This document shows positions 28,570 through 38,918 of a stretch of DNA of 64,000 nt, piece by piece. Position 1 is the stretch's first letter, and each line of letters starts with the position of its first letter. The position numbers and the translations under genes were made by a program. The notes beneath the pieces are model-generated. The model made no database searches. It worked only from the letters and a program-made list of their open reading frames with translations, and was not told the DNA's origin. Location of the stretch: positions 44,742 through 108,741 of the forward strand of contig JANLSU010000067.1 of the NCBI GenBank assembly GCA_031362565.1, written 5' to 3'. This DNA is from a bacterium. GTDB lineage: Bacteria > Krumholzibacteriota > Krumholzibacteriia > G020349025.

Positions 28570-31452
28570 GTGTCGGTTCAAGATCGTCGCGTCGTAACCA
28601 AGGTGACTCCGAAGGCGGCGGCGCCGCGGCGGCCGGCCGGCGCTGATGAACGCCCGATCATCGTGCGCGGTGCGCGCGAGCACAATTTGAAGAACGTCGA
28701 CGTGGTGTTGCCGCGCAACGCCTTCATCGTCATTACCGGGCTGTCGGGATCGGGGAAATCGTCGCTCGCCTTCGACACGATCTACGCCGAGGGCCAGCGC
28801 CGCTATGTGGAGTCGTTGTCGGCCTATGCGCGCCAATTCCTCGGCCAGATGGAAAAGCCCGATGTCGACCGCATCGAAGGGTTGTCGCCGGCCATTTCGA
28901 TCGAACAGCGGACGACGTCCCACAACCCGCGCTCGACGGTTGGCACGACCACCGAAATCTACGATTATTTGCGGCTCCTCTACGCGCGCATCGGCACGCC
29001 GCACTGCTATCAGTGCGGCGCCGAAATTCGCCAGCAATCCATCGCCCAGATGGTGGAGCAGGTGCTGCGCCTGCCGGCCGGCACGCGCATTCTGGTGCTG
29101 GCGCCCATCGTCCGCGGCCGCAAGGGCGAACACCGCAAAGTGTTCTCGGACCTCGAGCAGCAGGGCTTCGTGCGCATGCGGGTCAACGGCGACATCGTGC
29201 CGGTCGACACCGAGGTCAGGCTCGAGCGCAACAAGAAACACAACGTCGAGGTCGTCGTGGACCGGCTCGTGGTCGACCCCAAGTCGCAGCGGCGGCTGGC
29301 CGATTCGCTCGAGACCGCGGTGCGCGTCGGCGGCGGCATCGCCCTCGTCGAGACCGGCGGCAAGGAAATGCTCTTCAGCCAGCTCTACGCCTGTGCCGAC
29401 TGCGGCACGTCGTTCGAAGAATTGGCGCCGCGCATGTTCTCGTTCAACAGCCCCTACGGCGCGTGCCCCGAATGCAACGGCTTGGGCCGCAAACGTGAAA
29501 TCAGCATCGATCTCTTGGTGCCCGATCCCGCCAAGTCGATTCGCGACGGCGCCATTCAGAGCCAAGGCGCTCTCCAAGGGACGTGGGCCGGCACACTCAT
29601 CACGAGCGTGGCGCGCGAACACAAGATCGACCTCGATAAACCGTTCAAGAAACTCACCAAGAAAGAACGCAGCCTGCTCCTGTACGGCACCGAGGAACGC
29701 GTCAAGGTGCGCTATGAGAGCGCGCACGGCAAAGCGGAGTTCCAGGCGAAGTTCGAAGGCTTGGTGCCGCGCCTCCTGCGCCGGTACCGGGAGACCAACT
29801 CGGACGAGATCCGCACCTGGATCGAATCCTTCATGCGCCTCGAAGATTGTCCGGCCTGCGAGGGGCGGCGCCTGCGCCCCGAAAGCTTGGCAGTGCGCGT
29901 CGGCGGCATCGATATCGGCGCCTTCTGCGATCGATCGATCAAGGAAGCGCTGGCCTTCGTCGACCAACTCCAATTGCAAGGCAATCAAGAAATCATCGGC
30001 GGCCTGATCCTGCGCGAAGTGCGGGCCCGGCTGGGGTTCCTGAACGACGTCGGCTTGGCGTATCTCGCCCTGTCGCGTTCGGCCGACAGTTTGTCGGGCG
30101 GCGAGGCGCAGCGCATCCGGCTCGCCACCCAAATCGGCTCCAAGTTGGTCGGCGTCCTGTACATCCTGGACGAGCCGAGCATCGGCTTGCACCATCGCGA
30201 CAACCAACGGCTCATCGCCACGCTCCGCGAACTGCAGCGCGGCGGCAACACGGTCATCGTCGTCGAGCACGACAAAGACACCATCTTGGCCGCCGACCAT
30301 GTCGTGGATTTGGGTCCCGGGGCCGGCGAACATGGCGGGTATATCGTCGCGAGCGGCACGCCGGCCGCGATCGTCGCCAATCCGAACAGCCTGACCGGCC
30401 AGTACTTGTCGGGGAAGCGCCGGATTCCGGTGCCGGAAACGGCTAGGCCCGGCAACGGCCGGGCGATCGTGGTGCGCGGCGCGCGCGCCAACAACCTGCG
30501 CGGCATCGACATCGCCATTCCGCTCGGCAAGTTGGTGGCGGTGACCGGCGTTTCGGGTTCCGGCAAATCGACCTTCGTGAACGACATTTTGTACCGCGCC
30601 CTGGCCCAGCACTTTCACAACGCCAAGGAAGCGCCGGGCCCGCATGCTGGGATCGACGGGCTCGAACACATCGACAAGGTCATCGACATCGACCAATCAC
30701 CCATCGGGCGGACGCCGCGTTCGAATCCCGCCACCTACACCGGCGCCTTCACTTTGGTGCGGGATTTGTTCGGGCAACTGCCCGAATCGAAAGTGCGGGG
30801 CTACAAACCCGGCCGTTTCAGCTTCAATGTCAAGGGCGGCAGGTGCGAGGCCTGCGAAGGCGACGGCATCAAGAAGATCGAAATGCACTTCCTGCCCGAC
30901 GTCTACGTGAAGTGCGAAGTGTGCAAAGGGCAACGCTACAACCGCGAAACACTCGAGGTGGCATACCGCGGCAAGAACATCGCCGACGTGCTCGACATGA
31001 CGGTCGAAGAGGCCCATCAGTTCCTGCAGAACGTGCCGACGATCCGCCGCAAGATGGAGACCCTGGAAAGCGTCGGGCTGGGTTACATCCGGCTCGGCCA
31101 GCAAGCGACGACGCTGTCGGGCGGCGAGGCGCAGCGGGTCAAGCTGGCGACCGAACTTTCCAAGATGGGCACCGGGCGGACGTTGTACCTGCTCGACGAG
31201 CCGACCACCGGGCTGCACTTCGAGGATGTGCGCATGCTGCTCTTGGTGCTGAACCGGCTCGTCGACAAGGGCAACACCGTGCTGGTGATCGAGCACAATC
31301 CCGACATGATCAAGACCGCCGACCACATCATCGATTTGGGCCCTGAAGGCGGCGGCGAGGGCGGGGCGTTGGTCGCGCAAGGCACGCCGCGCGAAGTGGC
31401 GCGTGTCGGCGCCTCGTACACCGGCGCGATGCTGCGCGAAGTGCTCGATTGA
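28570..31452 (+). CDS. uvrA: Excinuclease ABC subunit A
   Basis: [32 protein letters not shown], Zn fingers, two LSGGEAQR signatures, GVSGSGKST; start approximate. Confidence 0.98.
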   Translation: MSVQDRRVVTKVTPKAAAPRRPAGADERPIIVRGAREHNLKNVDVVLPRNAFIVITGLSGSGKSSLAFDTIYAEGQRRYVESLSAYARQFLGQMEKPDVDRIEGLSPAISIEQRTTSHNPRSTVGTTTEIYDYLRLLYARIGTPHCYQCGAEIRQQSIAQMVEQVLRLPAGTRILVLAPIVRGRKGEHRKVFSDLEQQGFVRMRVNGDIVPVDTEVRLERNKKHNVEVVVDRLVVDPKSQRRLADSLETAVRVGGGIALVETGGKEMLFSQLYACADCGTSFEELAPRMFSFNSPYGACPECNGLGRKREISIDLLVPDPAKSIRDGAIQSQGALQGTWAGTLITSVAREHKIDLDKPFKKLTKKERSLLLYGTEERVKVRYESAHGKAEFQAKFEGLVPRLLRRYRETNSDEIRTWIESFMRLEDCPACEGRRLRPESLAVRVGGIDIGAFCDRSIKEALAFVDQLQLQGNQEIIGGLILREVRARLGFLNDVGLAYLALSRSADSLSGGEAQRIRLATQIGSKLVGVLYILDEPSIGLHHRDNQRLIATLRELQRGGNTVIVVEHDKDTILAADHVVDLGPGAGEHGGYIVASGTPAAIVANPNSLTGQYLSGKRRIPVPETARPGNGRAIVVRGARANNLRGIDIAIPLGKLVAVTGVSGSGKSTFVNDILYRALAQHFHNAKEAPGPHAGIDGLEHIDKVIDIDQSPIGRTPRSNPATYTGAFTLVRDLFGQLPESKVRGYKPGRFSFNVKGGRCEACEGDGIKKIEMHFLPDVYVKCEVCKGQRYNRETLEVAYRGKNIADVLDMTVEEAHQFLQNVPTIRRKMETLESVGLGYIRLGQQATTLSGGEAQRVKLATELSKMGTGRTLYLLDEPTTGLHFEDVRMLLLVLNRLVDKGNTVLVIEHNPDMIKTADHIIDLGPEGGGEGGALVAQGTPREVARVGASYTGAMLREVLD

Positions 31453-31456
31453 CGGT

Positions 31457-33175
31457 TCAGGGCGTGCGGCACGCCGCGAGCTTCGCCTGCAATGCCGGCC
31501 GTGCTGCCGCCGGCGCATAGACGAGCGCGGCTTCGTAGTGCCGGGCTGCCACGTCGAGGCGTTCCCGATCGTGTTCGAGATCGCCGGCCAGTTCGTGGCA
31601 ATACAGCAGTTCCTCACTGGATGGCAAACCGGTGCGCGCCGCCTCAGCATGCAGCGCGCGCAAGACGCGCCCGAGCGCTGCAAGCGCCGGTTCAATACGG
31701 CCGCGTGCCGCCTCGGTGTTGGCAATGTTGATGTCGACCCGCCAGGCGTCGGGCGATGCGGCGCGCACCGCTTCGAACTCGCGCAATGCCTCGTCATAGC
31801 GCCCGGCCTGGAAGAACATTTCGCCGGTGTTGACTCGCAGCACCACTGGGTCACGCGGCACCCGCGCCAGCGACGTGAGCCCGGCAAAGGCCGCGACGGC
31901 GATCGAGCCGGCTGCAACCGGACGCCAGGCGCGGGCGCGCCAGTGCACGAAGGCCCTTTCGCACCCCGCCGCGGCAAACGGCACCGCCAGCGCCACGACA
32001 TGCAATCGAAACCGCTCGAACAGGAAGAACGGCACGATCGCCGCCGCGCTGGCGCCGAGCGCCACATGCAGCGGCCACAACTCGCGCCGCCGCCTTGTTG
32101 CGAAGAGACCAACGAATGCGAGCGGCAAAATGAGCGCCGGGCCGCAGAGTGGATTCCGCAACCCACGCACCCAGCGGCCGGCCTCTGCCGTCGACAGCAC
32201 GTCGGCCAATTCCCACGGGCCGCACAACAGTCCAACCTTGCGGACGAAGAGCCGGGCGGCAGCCGCCGGTTGGTCGCGCCACCAGGCCCAGCCTTGGCCG
32301 CTCCAGTAACGCGTCACTTCCGAAGGGCGCGCCGCGTGTCCGAGGCCGAGGCTCGCGAGCTGCACTGCATCCGCTTCTTCTTGCGCCGGGTCGAAGCGAT
32401 CCGGCCGCAACGGCACATAGCTGCCGTCCGCACCCGCATGATTGCCGATATAGAAGTTGGTGCCGCCACCGAATGCGAACGGCACCGGGTCACCGCTCCA
32501 GGCGCGGTTCTGCAGCGTCGGCAGTGCGATCGCGATCGCGAGCCCGACGACGATCGCCACCGGCCCCCACGTCACCGGTGCACCGGGCCACCGCCGCGCT
32601 CGCGCCACGAGTCCTGCACCCGCAAGCGCCACGCCGACCAAGACCAGTTCACCGCGCAACAGGGTTGCCGCAGCGAGCCAGAGTGCTGCCGCACACCAGC
32701 GGCGTCCCGGTGCCACGCCTGCCGCGGTGCGATCGGGCAACAGGCGATCCAGCGCCGCGAGCACCGCGAGCGTCGCAAACGATGTTTTCAACAGCAGAAG
32801 CTCTTGTAGGAGCGCCACCGGTGCGATCGCGAACATCCCGGCCGCGATGCCGGCCGCGACACGGCCGGCGACCTGGCGTCCGATTCGCCACACGAGCCAC
32901 GCACTCGTTGCGCCGGCCACGAGCTGCAGCAGCTTGATCGTCGCCGGATTCGCACCGAGCGCCATGAGCCCCGCGAGCACGTACGCATAGCCCGGCGCCA
33001 CGTACCACGCACCGTGCGCGGGAGCGGCGTGCGCCAAGAGCCGGCGCGCCAGATCGAGGTAGGCGCTCTCGTCCACCAACGGCACGGTCCAGAACGGCGC
33101 GTCGCGCGCCTCGAGGAACACGACACCGCGGACGGCGACCGCGAGTGCCAGCACGCCCAGTGCATCGCGCTTCAC
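31457..33175 (-). CDS. GT-C (PMT/ArnT-like) glycosyltransferase with C-terminal TPRs
   Basis: PLVDESAY...APGYAY, multi-TM, GGTNFYIGN, FFLFERFRL, TPR tail (VNTGEMFFQAGRYDEALREF); GTG 33175 with GGGAGG RBS. Confidence 0.8.
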   Translation of the reverse strand: MKRDALGVLALAVAVRGVVFLEARDAPFWTVPLVDESAYLDLARRLLAHAAPAHGAWYVAPGYAYVLAGLMALGANPATIKLLQLVAGATSAWLVWRIGRQVAGRVAAGIAAGMFAIAPVALLQELLLLKTSFATLAVLAALDRLLPDRTAAGVAPGRRWCAAALWLAAATLLRGELVLVGVALAGAGLVARARRWPGAPVTWGPVAIVVGLAIAIALPTLQNRAWSGDPVPFAFGGGTNFYIGNHAGADGSYVPLRPDRFDPAQEEADAVQLASLGLGHAARPSEVTRYWSGQGWAWWRDQPAAAARLFVRKVGLLCGPWELADVLSTAEAGRWVRGLRNPLCGPALILPLAFVGLFATRRRRELWPLHVALGASAAAIVPFFLFERFRLHVVALAVPFAAAGCERAFVHWRARAWRPVAAGSIAVAAFAGLTSLARVPRDPVVLRVNTGEMFFQAGRYDEALREFEAVRAASPDAWRVDINIANTEAARGRIEPALAALGRVLRALHAEAARTGLPSSEELLYCHELAGDLEHDRERLDVAARHYEAALVYAPAAARPALQAKLAACRTP

Positions 33176-34893
33176 GATCCGCCTCCCGGTTCGCTTGCCG
33201 CGGCACGGGCGCGCGCCCGCACCAAGCGCGGATCGCGCGTGCCGCGCAACACGCGCCCGAGCGCCGCCCAACGCCCCGGGGCAAACAACGGCGCGCGCGT
33301 CACGAGCGCGACGTCATCCCAGTAGGGCGCGAGATCGGGATCGGCAAGGTGGTTCGTACCGGTCAGCAGAGTCGCGAAATAGCCTTCGGGCAGGCGGCGG
33401 ACGTAGTGGCCGGCGCGAAACCGCAGCGCTGCCAGGCGTGGCGCGAAGCGCGCCAACAATGGATCGGGATCGAGGGCCGGAAGGCGCGCCAACAGTGGAT
33501 CGCCGAGCCCGTAGAGATCCACGACATGTAAGCCCGGGCCCGCATACCAGCCGTACACGCCAACCGCCGGAGCGAGCACGACGGGGCGCAGCCGGCCGGC
33601 CGCGACCGCTTGCTCGGCGCCTGCCGGCAATGCGTCGCCCTCGGGCACGATGCCGATCGTGCGGCACAGATCGACGAGCGGATCTACGGCCCACGATTGC
33701 CGCGCCTCGGCCACGGCGCCCGCGGTCGCCGGATCGGGCCACGGGGTCGTGCCGCGCTCGGCCCGCCAACTCGTGAGCGGCGCATAGAAGGCGCGTTCGT
33801 CGGCGATGCCGCGCGCATCGATGGTGCGCTCGAGACGCGAGGCGCGCGGGTCGGTGCGATGCAGCCATCCACCGGGTGCGAAGAGCGCAAGGAGGACGCA
33901 AGCCGGGGCCCACACCGCGGCCTGCCGGCGTGTCCAGTTGTGCCGCGCGACGATCGCCGCGCTCGCGACAATGCAGGTGGTGACGAAGCGGCCGCGCATG
34001 AAATCGCCGCCGACCAGCACCACGGTCACGAGATGCAGCACGATCCCGAGCCCGAGAGCGCTTTCGGGCGTCAAGGCGCGGGCTCTTTGAACGGCGCGCC
34101 AAGCGATGAAAATTGCGCCGCCGACTGCGATCGCGCCGACCGGATCGCCGGTGAACGAACTCACGAGCGTGCCGAACCCGTGGGCGGCAAGAATTCCGGC
34201 GCCGAAACCGCTCGTCAGCTTCGCGACCGCACTGTTCGGCAGCCAGGAGCCGTAGTAGAAAGCGGCGAACAGTTCCCAGGCGATCAGTGGCAGCGCGCCC
34301 AGACCGAGCGCCTTGAGCGCGGCGCGCCGCGGCGTCCGTGCTGCGCACCAGGCAAGCGCCGGCGCCAAGAGCACGATGCCGTCCAGCCGGGTGCAAGCGG
34401 CAAGGCTGGCGGCGAGCGCCAGGACGCGCAAGCGTGGGGTGGGGGATGCGAGGAGCTCGGCCGCGAACCACACGACGCACAGGTGGGCGAGCGGATTCTC
34501 GAGGCCCGATGTCGCATAGTCGGTACAGGCGCTGGAGAGCGCGAGGATCGTGGCGGCGGCTGCCGCGCCGCTCGCCGACCGCGCGACGCGGCGAACGAGA
34601 ACCACCGCCATGATCCCCGACACCAGAAGGCCGAGAAGCATGGTCGAGTGGTAGTCCTCGCGCGTCACGGTGGTCGTGGCGGTGAGTGCGAGCATCCAGA
34701 GTGGATGGGTGAAGGTCTGCACGCGCTCGGCAGCATTCCAGCGCGGTCCCAGGCCGTGGCGCAGATTGTCGACGCTGCGCAGCGTGATGAACGCATCGTC
34801 GCAAACCCACGCCTTCGCGGCCGCGAGTGCGAGGAAGAGGACGAGCAAGAGCCAAGGGCTCGACGCCGCGGCACGGCCGCTCAGAGAACGCAT
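33172..34893 (-). CDS. GT-C membrane glycosyltransferase, AftB (arabinofuranosyltransferase)-like
   Basis: WVCDDAFITLRSVDNL..G.GPRWN..ERVQTFTHPLW, YATSGLENPL, YYGSWLPNSAVAK, GGDFMRGRF, DLYGLGDPLLARLP, GHYVR. Confidence 0.78.
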   Translation of the reverse strand: MRSLSGRAAASSPWLLLVLFLALAAAKAWVCDDAFITLRSVDNLRHGLGPRWNAAERVQTFTHPLWMLALTATTTVTREDYHSTMLLGLLVSGIMAVVLVRRVARSASGAAAAATILALSSACTDYATSGLENPLAHLCVVWFAAELLASPTPRLRVLALAASLAACTRLDGIVLLAPALAWCAARTPRRAALKALGLGALPLIAWELFAAFYYGSWLPNSAVAKLTSGFGAGILAAHGFGTLVSSFTGDPVGAIAVGGAIFIAWRAVQRARALTPESALGLGIVLHLVTVVLVGGDFMRGRFVTTCIVASAAIVARHNWTRRQAAVWAPACVLLALFAPGGWLHRTDPRASRLERTIDARGIADERAFYAPLTSWRAERGTTPWPDPATAGAVAEARQSWAVDPLVDLCRTIGIVPEGDALPAGAEQAVAAGRLRPVVLAPAVGVYGWYAGPGLHVVDLYGLGDPLLARLPALDPDPLLARFAPRLAALRFRAGHYVRRLPEGYFATLLTGTNHLADPDLAPYWDDVALVTRAPLFAPGRWAALGRVLRGTRDPRLVRARARAAASEPGGGS

Positions 34894-34900
34894 TGCCAGG

Positions 34901-34930
34901 ACGTTATCGGCCCAACCGTGCCGTGGTCAA
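34901..34930 (-). promoter_or_regulatory. Promoter giving a leaderless transcript of the GT-C pair
   Basis: Minus strand TTGACC (34930-25), 18 bp, TAACGT (34906-01), 7 nt, ATG 34893. Confidence 0.6.
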
Positions 34931-34934
34931 TCGC

Positions 34935-35561
34935 TCACGCTTGGCGGGCGCCAAGTTCCGGGTCGAATTCCGGTGCGAGCCCGGAGCCGGGCGCTACGAG
35001 CTGCCGCGCGGCAGCGGCGATGGCGCCGAACTCGCACGCGAATTGGGCGTGATGGTGGGTGCTGGTGCCGGCGATCCAGAGATCGAAAGTGGCGCCGTCG
35101 TGACTCGGCCACGCGACGAGCCAGATATGCTTGCGCGCCGACCGGCTGAGAAGGAATCCGCTCAAGAGAGCGCCGGCGCTGGCGGCAACCGCCGGGGCGC
35201 GTGCCGCGAGGGCAAAAATGAAGACGGCGACGTTCATCACGTCGCCGTCCCACGAACGCTGGCGGAGGTCGCGCCCCAGCTCACTTCCCACCAGCGTCGC
35301 AATCGACAATCCAACGAGGCCCAAGACCATGAGTCGGCGCGCCAAACGTGGCGATGGTCCTTGGCGCAGACTCGCACTCCGAACCCCGTCTTGCGTCCCG
35401 GCCGGCCCGTCGAAAAGGCGCAATCGCAAGTAGCGGTGGAGTGCGTCGAAAACCGTCGCGTCGGCAGCGCGCAGGAGCGCGTGGTGCCGGAAGTCACACG
35501 GCACGGACGGAGCGGCCGTCCATGGCCCGCGGCGCTGGCAATTCAAGTCACGATCGTGCAT
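34935..35561 (-). CDS. Small membrane protein resembling a reduced ResB/Ccs1 (cytochrome c biogenesis system II)
   Basis: Only the C-terminal ~208 aa of the long antisense ORF look real; two hydrophobic segments and a ResB-like tail (KHIWLV...LWIAGTS....FACEF); start uncertain (35561 or 35636). Confidence 0.5.
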   Translation of the reverse strand: MHDRDLNCQRRGPWTAAPSVPCDFRHHALLRAADATVFDALHRYLRLRLFDGPAGTQDGVRSASLRQGPSPRLARRLMVLGLVGLSIATLVGSELGRDLRQRSWDGDVMNVAVFIFALAARAPAVAASAGALLSGFLLSRSARKHIWLVAWPSHDGATFDLWIAGTSTHHHAQFACEFGAIAAAARQLVAPGSGLAPEFDPELGARQA

Positions 35562-35867
35562 CGCCCAGGGTCCTGCTCGCTCGTGTGCGCGTGCGCCGTC
35601 TAAGTCCTGTATTCCACCATGCGATTCCAGTGCCATCGCGATCGCACCCCGCGCCGGGCGTGGCGTTGAACGCCGGAAGCCGTTGTCCGGCAATCGCCTC
35701 GGGGCCCGGCTTGGGCGCCGGCCGGGCGCACCGGATGCGGGCCGATGCGGTGTCGATTGACAAAATGGCCCGGGGCTTGGGGCGCGGGGCCGTTTGGCGC
35801 GACAAGTTGTCGCCACCGCCGCGTGCCGGGGAAGCCCGAGGATGGCACGCGATGGGCGGGGCGCGGG

Positions 35868-35896
35868 TTTACGGACGGGCGGCGGAACTGTATGAT
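35868..35896 (+). promoter_or_regulatory. Probable promoter of the gcv operon
   Basis: TTTACG (35868-73), 17 bp, TATGAT (35891-96). Confidence 0.55.
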
Positions 35897-35972
35897 GCCG
35901 CGGTCGCGCGCCCAAAGCGCATTCCTCGCGCCGCACTTCCGCGCCGGCATCCACCGGAGGGCTTAGGTTCCC

Positions 35973-37091
35973 TTGAACGCCAATCCGCAGCGCACCCCGC
36001 TGTACGACCGCCATGTTGCGCTCGGCGCCAAGATGGTCGACTTTGCCGGCTGGGCGATGCCGGTCCAATATGACGGCTTGATCGCCGAACACCGCCGCGT
36101 TCGCACCACGGTCGGGATCTTCGACGTCAGCCACATGGGGGAGTTGTATTTCGAGGGCCCGGGCGCCTTGGCGACCCTCGACAACATGGCCACCAATGAC
36201 GTCGCGGCGCTGGTCGACGGCCAAGTTCTGTATACGGCGCTCTGCAATGCGGCCGGCGGCGTTCGCGATGACGCCCTCGTGTATCGGGTCTCGGCGACCC
36301 AGTTCATGCTCGTCGTGAATGCTTCGAACACCGCTAAGATCGCCGCTTGGTCGCGCGACAACTTGGGCGCCGAGACGCGAATGACCGATGTCTCGGACCG
36401 CACGGCGCTCATCGCCGTGCAGGGACCGCGGAGCCGCGAAGTCCTCGAAGGCTGCCGGACGTTGGGACCTCTGAGTGGCCGCCTGGGTGATCTCCAGTAC
36501 TACCACTTCGCCGCCGGCGACGTCGCGGGCGCCCCGATGGTGGCGTCGCGCACCGGCTATACGGGTGAAGTCGGCTACGAAATCTTCCTTGCCCCGGAGC
36601 GCGCCGGCGACCTCTGGGACGAAGTGATGCAACGGGCCGGCCAGGTGGACGGCGGGCCGACCGGCCTGGGAGCGCGCGACACGCTGCGCTTCGAAGTTTG
36701 TTTCTGCTTGTACGGACACGAATTGCTCGAAGACGTGAGCCCGCTCGAAGCCGGGATCGGCTGGACCGTGAAGCTCAAGAAGCCGCGCTTCATTGGCCAG
36801 GAGGTGCTGGTACGCCAGAAACAGCAAGGCGTGCCGCGCAAACTGCTGGGCTTCGAACTGGCGGCGGACGAGCGCGCCATCGCACGCCAAGGCTATGAGA
36901 TTCGCGCCGGCGGCCGCGCGGTTGGCGCGGTGACGAGCGGCACGTGGTCGCCGACCCTCGAACGCAGTCTGTGCCTCGGGCTCGTCGAATCCGCAGCGGC
37001 CGCTTTGCCGCTGACTGTCGTCGTGCGGGGCCGCGAAGTGCCGCTCCGCAGCGTCCCGATTCCGTTCCACAAACCCGTGTCGCGCGACTGA
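35973..37091 (+). CDS. gcvT: Glycine cleavage system aminomethyltransferase T
   Basis: RTPLYDRH, FAGWAMPVQY, FDVSHMGE, SRTGYTGEVGYE, GLGARDTLRFE. Confidence 0.97.
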   Translation: MNANPQRTPLYDRHVALGAKMVDFAGWAMPVQYDGLIAEHRRVRTTVGIFDVSHMGELYFEGPGALATLDNMATNDVAALVDGQVLYTALCNAAGGVRDDALVYRVSATQFMLVVNASNTAKIAAWSRDNLGAETRMTDVSDRTALIAVQGPRSREVLEGCRTLGPLSGRLGDLQYYHFAAGDVAGAPMVASRTGYTGEVGYEIFLAPERAGDLWDEVMQRAGQVDGGPTGLGARDTLRFEVCFCLYGHELLEDVSPLEAGIGWTVKLKKPRFIGQEVLVRQKQQGVPRKLLGFELAADERAIARQGYEIRAGGRAVGAVTSGTWSPTLERSLCLGLVESAAAALPLTVVVRGREVPLRSVPIPFHKPVSRD

Positions 37092-37149
37092 AGATGCGCG
37101 GCGCGGCTTTTCGTTGGCGCGCTTTCTCTGACGAAGGAGTATCGAAGCC

Positions 37150-37545
37150 ATGGCGCAGATCCCGAAAGACCTCAAGTACACCGAGGAACACGAATGGGTG
37201 CATCTCTCGGACGACGGCACCGAGGCCACGGTGGGGATCACCGACTTCGCCCAGCACGAGCTCGGTGACATCGTGTACGTCGAGTTGCCCAAAGAAGGCG
37301 ACCACATGTCGCACATGGACGTCTTCGGCACCATCGAAGCCGTGAAGACGGTCGCCGAACTCTTTGCGCCGGTCTCGGGCGAAGTGATCGAGGTCAACGC
37401 CCAACTCGAGGACAGCCCAACGCTCGTCAACGAGAGTCCTTATGAGGATGGTTGGATCGTGCGCGTCCGCGTCGAGAACAAAGCCGAGTACGATTCGCTG
37501 CTGTCACCGGACGACTACAAGGCGCGCATTTCAGAAGGAGCGTAA
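37150..37545 (+). CDS. gcvH: Glycine cleavage system H protein
   Basis: LKYTEEHEWV, GITDFAQHELGDIVYVELP, IEAVKT (lipoyl-Lys), NESPYEDGW. Confidence 0.98.
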   Translation: MAQIPKDLKYTEEHEWVHLSDDGTEATVGITDFAQHELGDIVYVELPKEGDHMSHMDVFGTIEAVKTVAELFAPVSGEVIEVNAQLEDSPTLVNESPYEDGWIVRVRVENKAEYDSLLSPDDYKARISEGA

Positions 37546-38918
37546 TGCCGTACGTCCAGCACACCGCCGAGGACCAGCAGGAGATGCTGCGGGCGATCGG
37601 CGTTCGCCGCATCGAGGATTTGTTCGAGTCGATTCCCGAGAGCATTCGCCTGCGGGAGCCGCTCGGCATCGCCCGCGGCCGTTCCGAATACGAAGTCATG
37701 CGCGACATGGCGGCACTCGGAGCGCGGAACCGGCCGGCCGGCGCGCTGACGAGCTTTCTCGGTGCGGGCGTGTACGACGGTGTGATCCCGTCGGTGGTCG
37801 GGGCGATTTTGTCGCGCTCCGAGTTCTATACCGCCTACACGCCGTACCAGCCCGAGGTCAGCCAGGGGACGCTGCAGACCATCTTCGAATTCCAAACGAT
37901 GGTCGCGCGCTTGATGGGCATGGATCTCGCGAACGCCTCCATGTACGACGGTGCGACGGCGCTCGCCGAGTGCTCGATGCTGATGACCGACGGCGCCAAA
38001 GACCGGCGCGTTGTCGTCCCGGCTGCTTTGCACCCGCGGTATCGCGCCGTGCTCGAGACCTACGCCGCGGACGTCGACCTCGAAATTGTGCCGGTGCCCT
38101 GTGCGCCGGACGGCCGCATCGACATCGCGGCAATGACCGCCGCCTGCCAAGGCGGCGGGGTGCTCGTGGTGCAGCAGCCTAATTTCTTCGGCATCGTCGA
38201 GGACGTGGTGGAGATTCGCCGCGCCCTCGATACGGTGCCGGCCGCGAACCGCCCCGAACTCGTGGCGTGCGTCGAGCCGGTGTCGCTCGGCATGCTCGTG
38301 CCGCCGGGCGCCTACGGCGCGGCGATCGCCGTCGGTGAGGGACAATCGCTCGGCCTGCCGCCGATGTTCGGCGGCCCGTACGTCGGGCTCGTGGCGTGCG
38401 CCAAAGCGCACGTGCGCAAGATTCCGGGCCGCCTGGTCGGCGCGACCGTCGATGTCGACGGCCGCCGCGGCTACGTGCTGACGTTGCAAACCCGCGAACA
38501 GCACATCCGGCGCGAGAAGGCGACCTCCAACATCTGCACCAATCAGGCGCTCTTGGCTCTGGCGGTCACCGTGTACCTGTCGTCGCTCGGCGAGAGCGGT
38601 TTCCGTGAGCTGTCGCACATGTGCTTGGTGAACGCCCACCGGCTGGCCACCGCGATCGGCCGCCTGCCGGGCTATGCGCTGCGCTTTCCGGCGCCGTTCT
38701 TTCGCGAGTTCGTGGTGCGCTGTCCGCGTCCGGCGCGCGCCATCATCGAGGCGGCCAAAGCCGAAGGTGTGGTCGCCGGCCTGGCGGTCGCGGCGCGTTT
38801 CCCGGGCTGCTTCCCGGATGTGGACGAACGCGATCTCTTGGTCGCAGTCACCGAAAAACGCACCGCCGCCGAACTCGACGCGTTCGCGTCACTTCTTGGC
38901 CGCTTGGGAGGCCGCTGA
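37545..38918 (+). CDS. gcvPA: Glycine dehydrogenase subunit 1
   Basis: SFLGAGVY, SEFYTAYTPYQPEVSQG, ANASMYDG, LQTREQHIRREKATSNICTNQ. Confidence 0.97.
   Translation: MPYVQHTAEDQQEMLRAIGVRRIEDLFESIPESIRLREPLGIARGRSEYEVMRDMAALGARNRPAGALTSFLGAGVYDGVIPSVVGAILSRSEFYTAYTPYQPEVSQGTLQTIFEFQTMVARLMGMDLANASMYDGATALAECSMLMTDGAKDRRVVVPAALHPRYRAVLETYAADVDLEIVPVPCAPDGRIDIAAMTAACQGGGVLVVQQPNFFGIVEDVVEIRRALDTVPAANRPELVACVEPVSLGMLVPPGAYGAAIAVGEGQSLGLPPMFGGPYVGLVACAKAHVRKIPGRLVGATVDVDGRRGYVLTLQTREQHIRREKATSNICTNQALLALAVTVYLSSLGESGFRELSHMCLVNAHRLATAIGRLPGYALRFPAPFFREFVVRCPRPARAIIEAAKAEGVVAGLAVAARFPGCFPDVDERDLLVAVTEKRTAAELDAFASLLGRLGGR

Noticed and set aside
23783..30696. Long ORFs 23783-25468 (+), 24754-26643 (-) and 28546-30696 (-)
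   Set aside because: Opposite-strand shadows of the TPR protein, asnS and uvrA.
35640..35972. Possible glycine riboswitch upstream of gcvT
   Set aside because: No GGAGA...CCGAAG...CTCTCAGG aptamer core, and the predicted promoter leaves only a ~70-nt leader.
35637..37430. N-terminal ~600 aa of the 831-aa minus-strand ORF 34935-37430
   Set aside because: Overlaps gcvT/gcvH antisense; only the portion from ~35561/35636 downwards looks protein-like.
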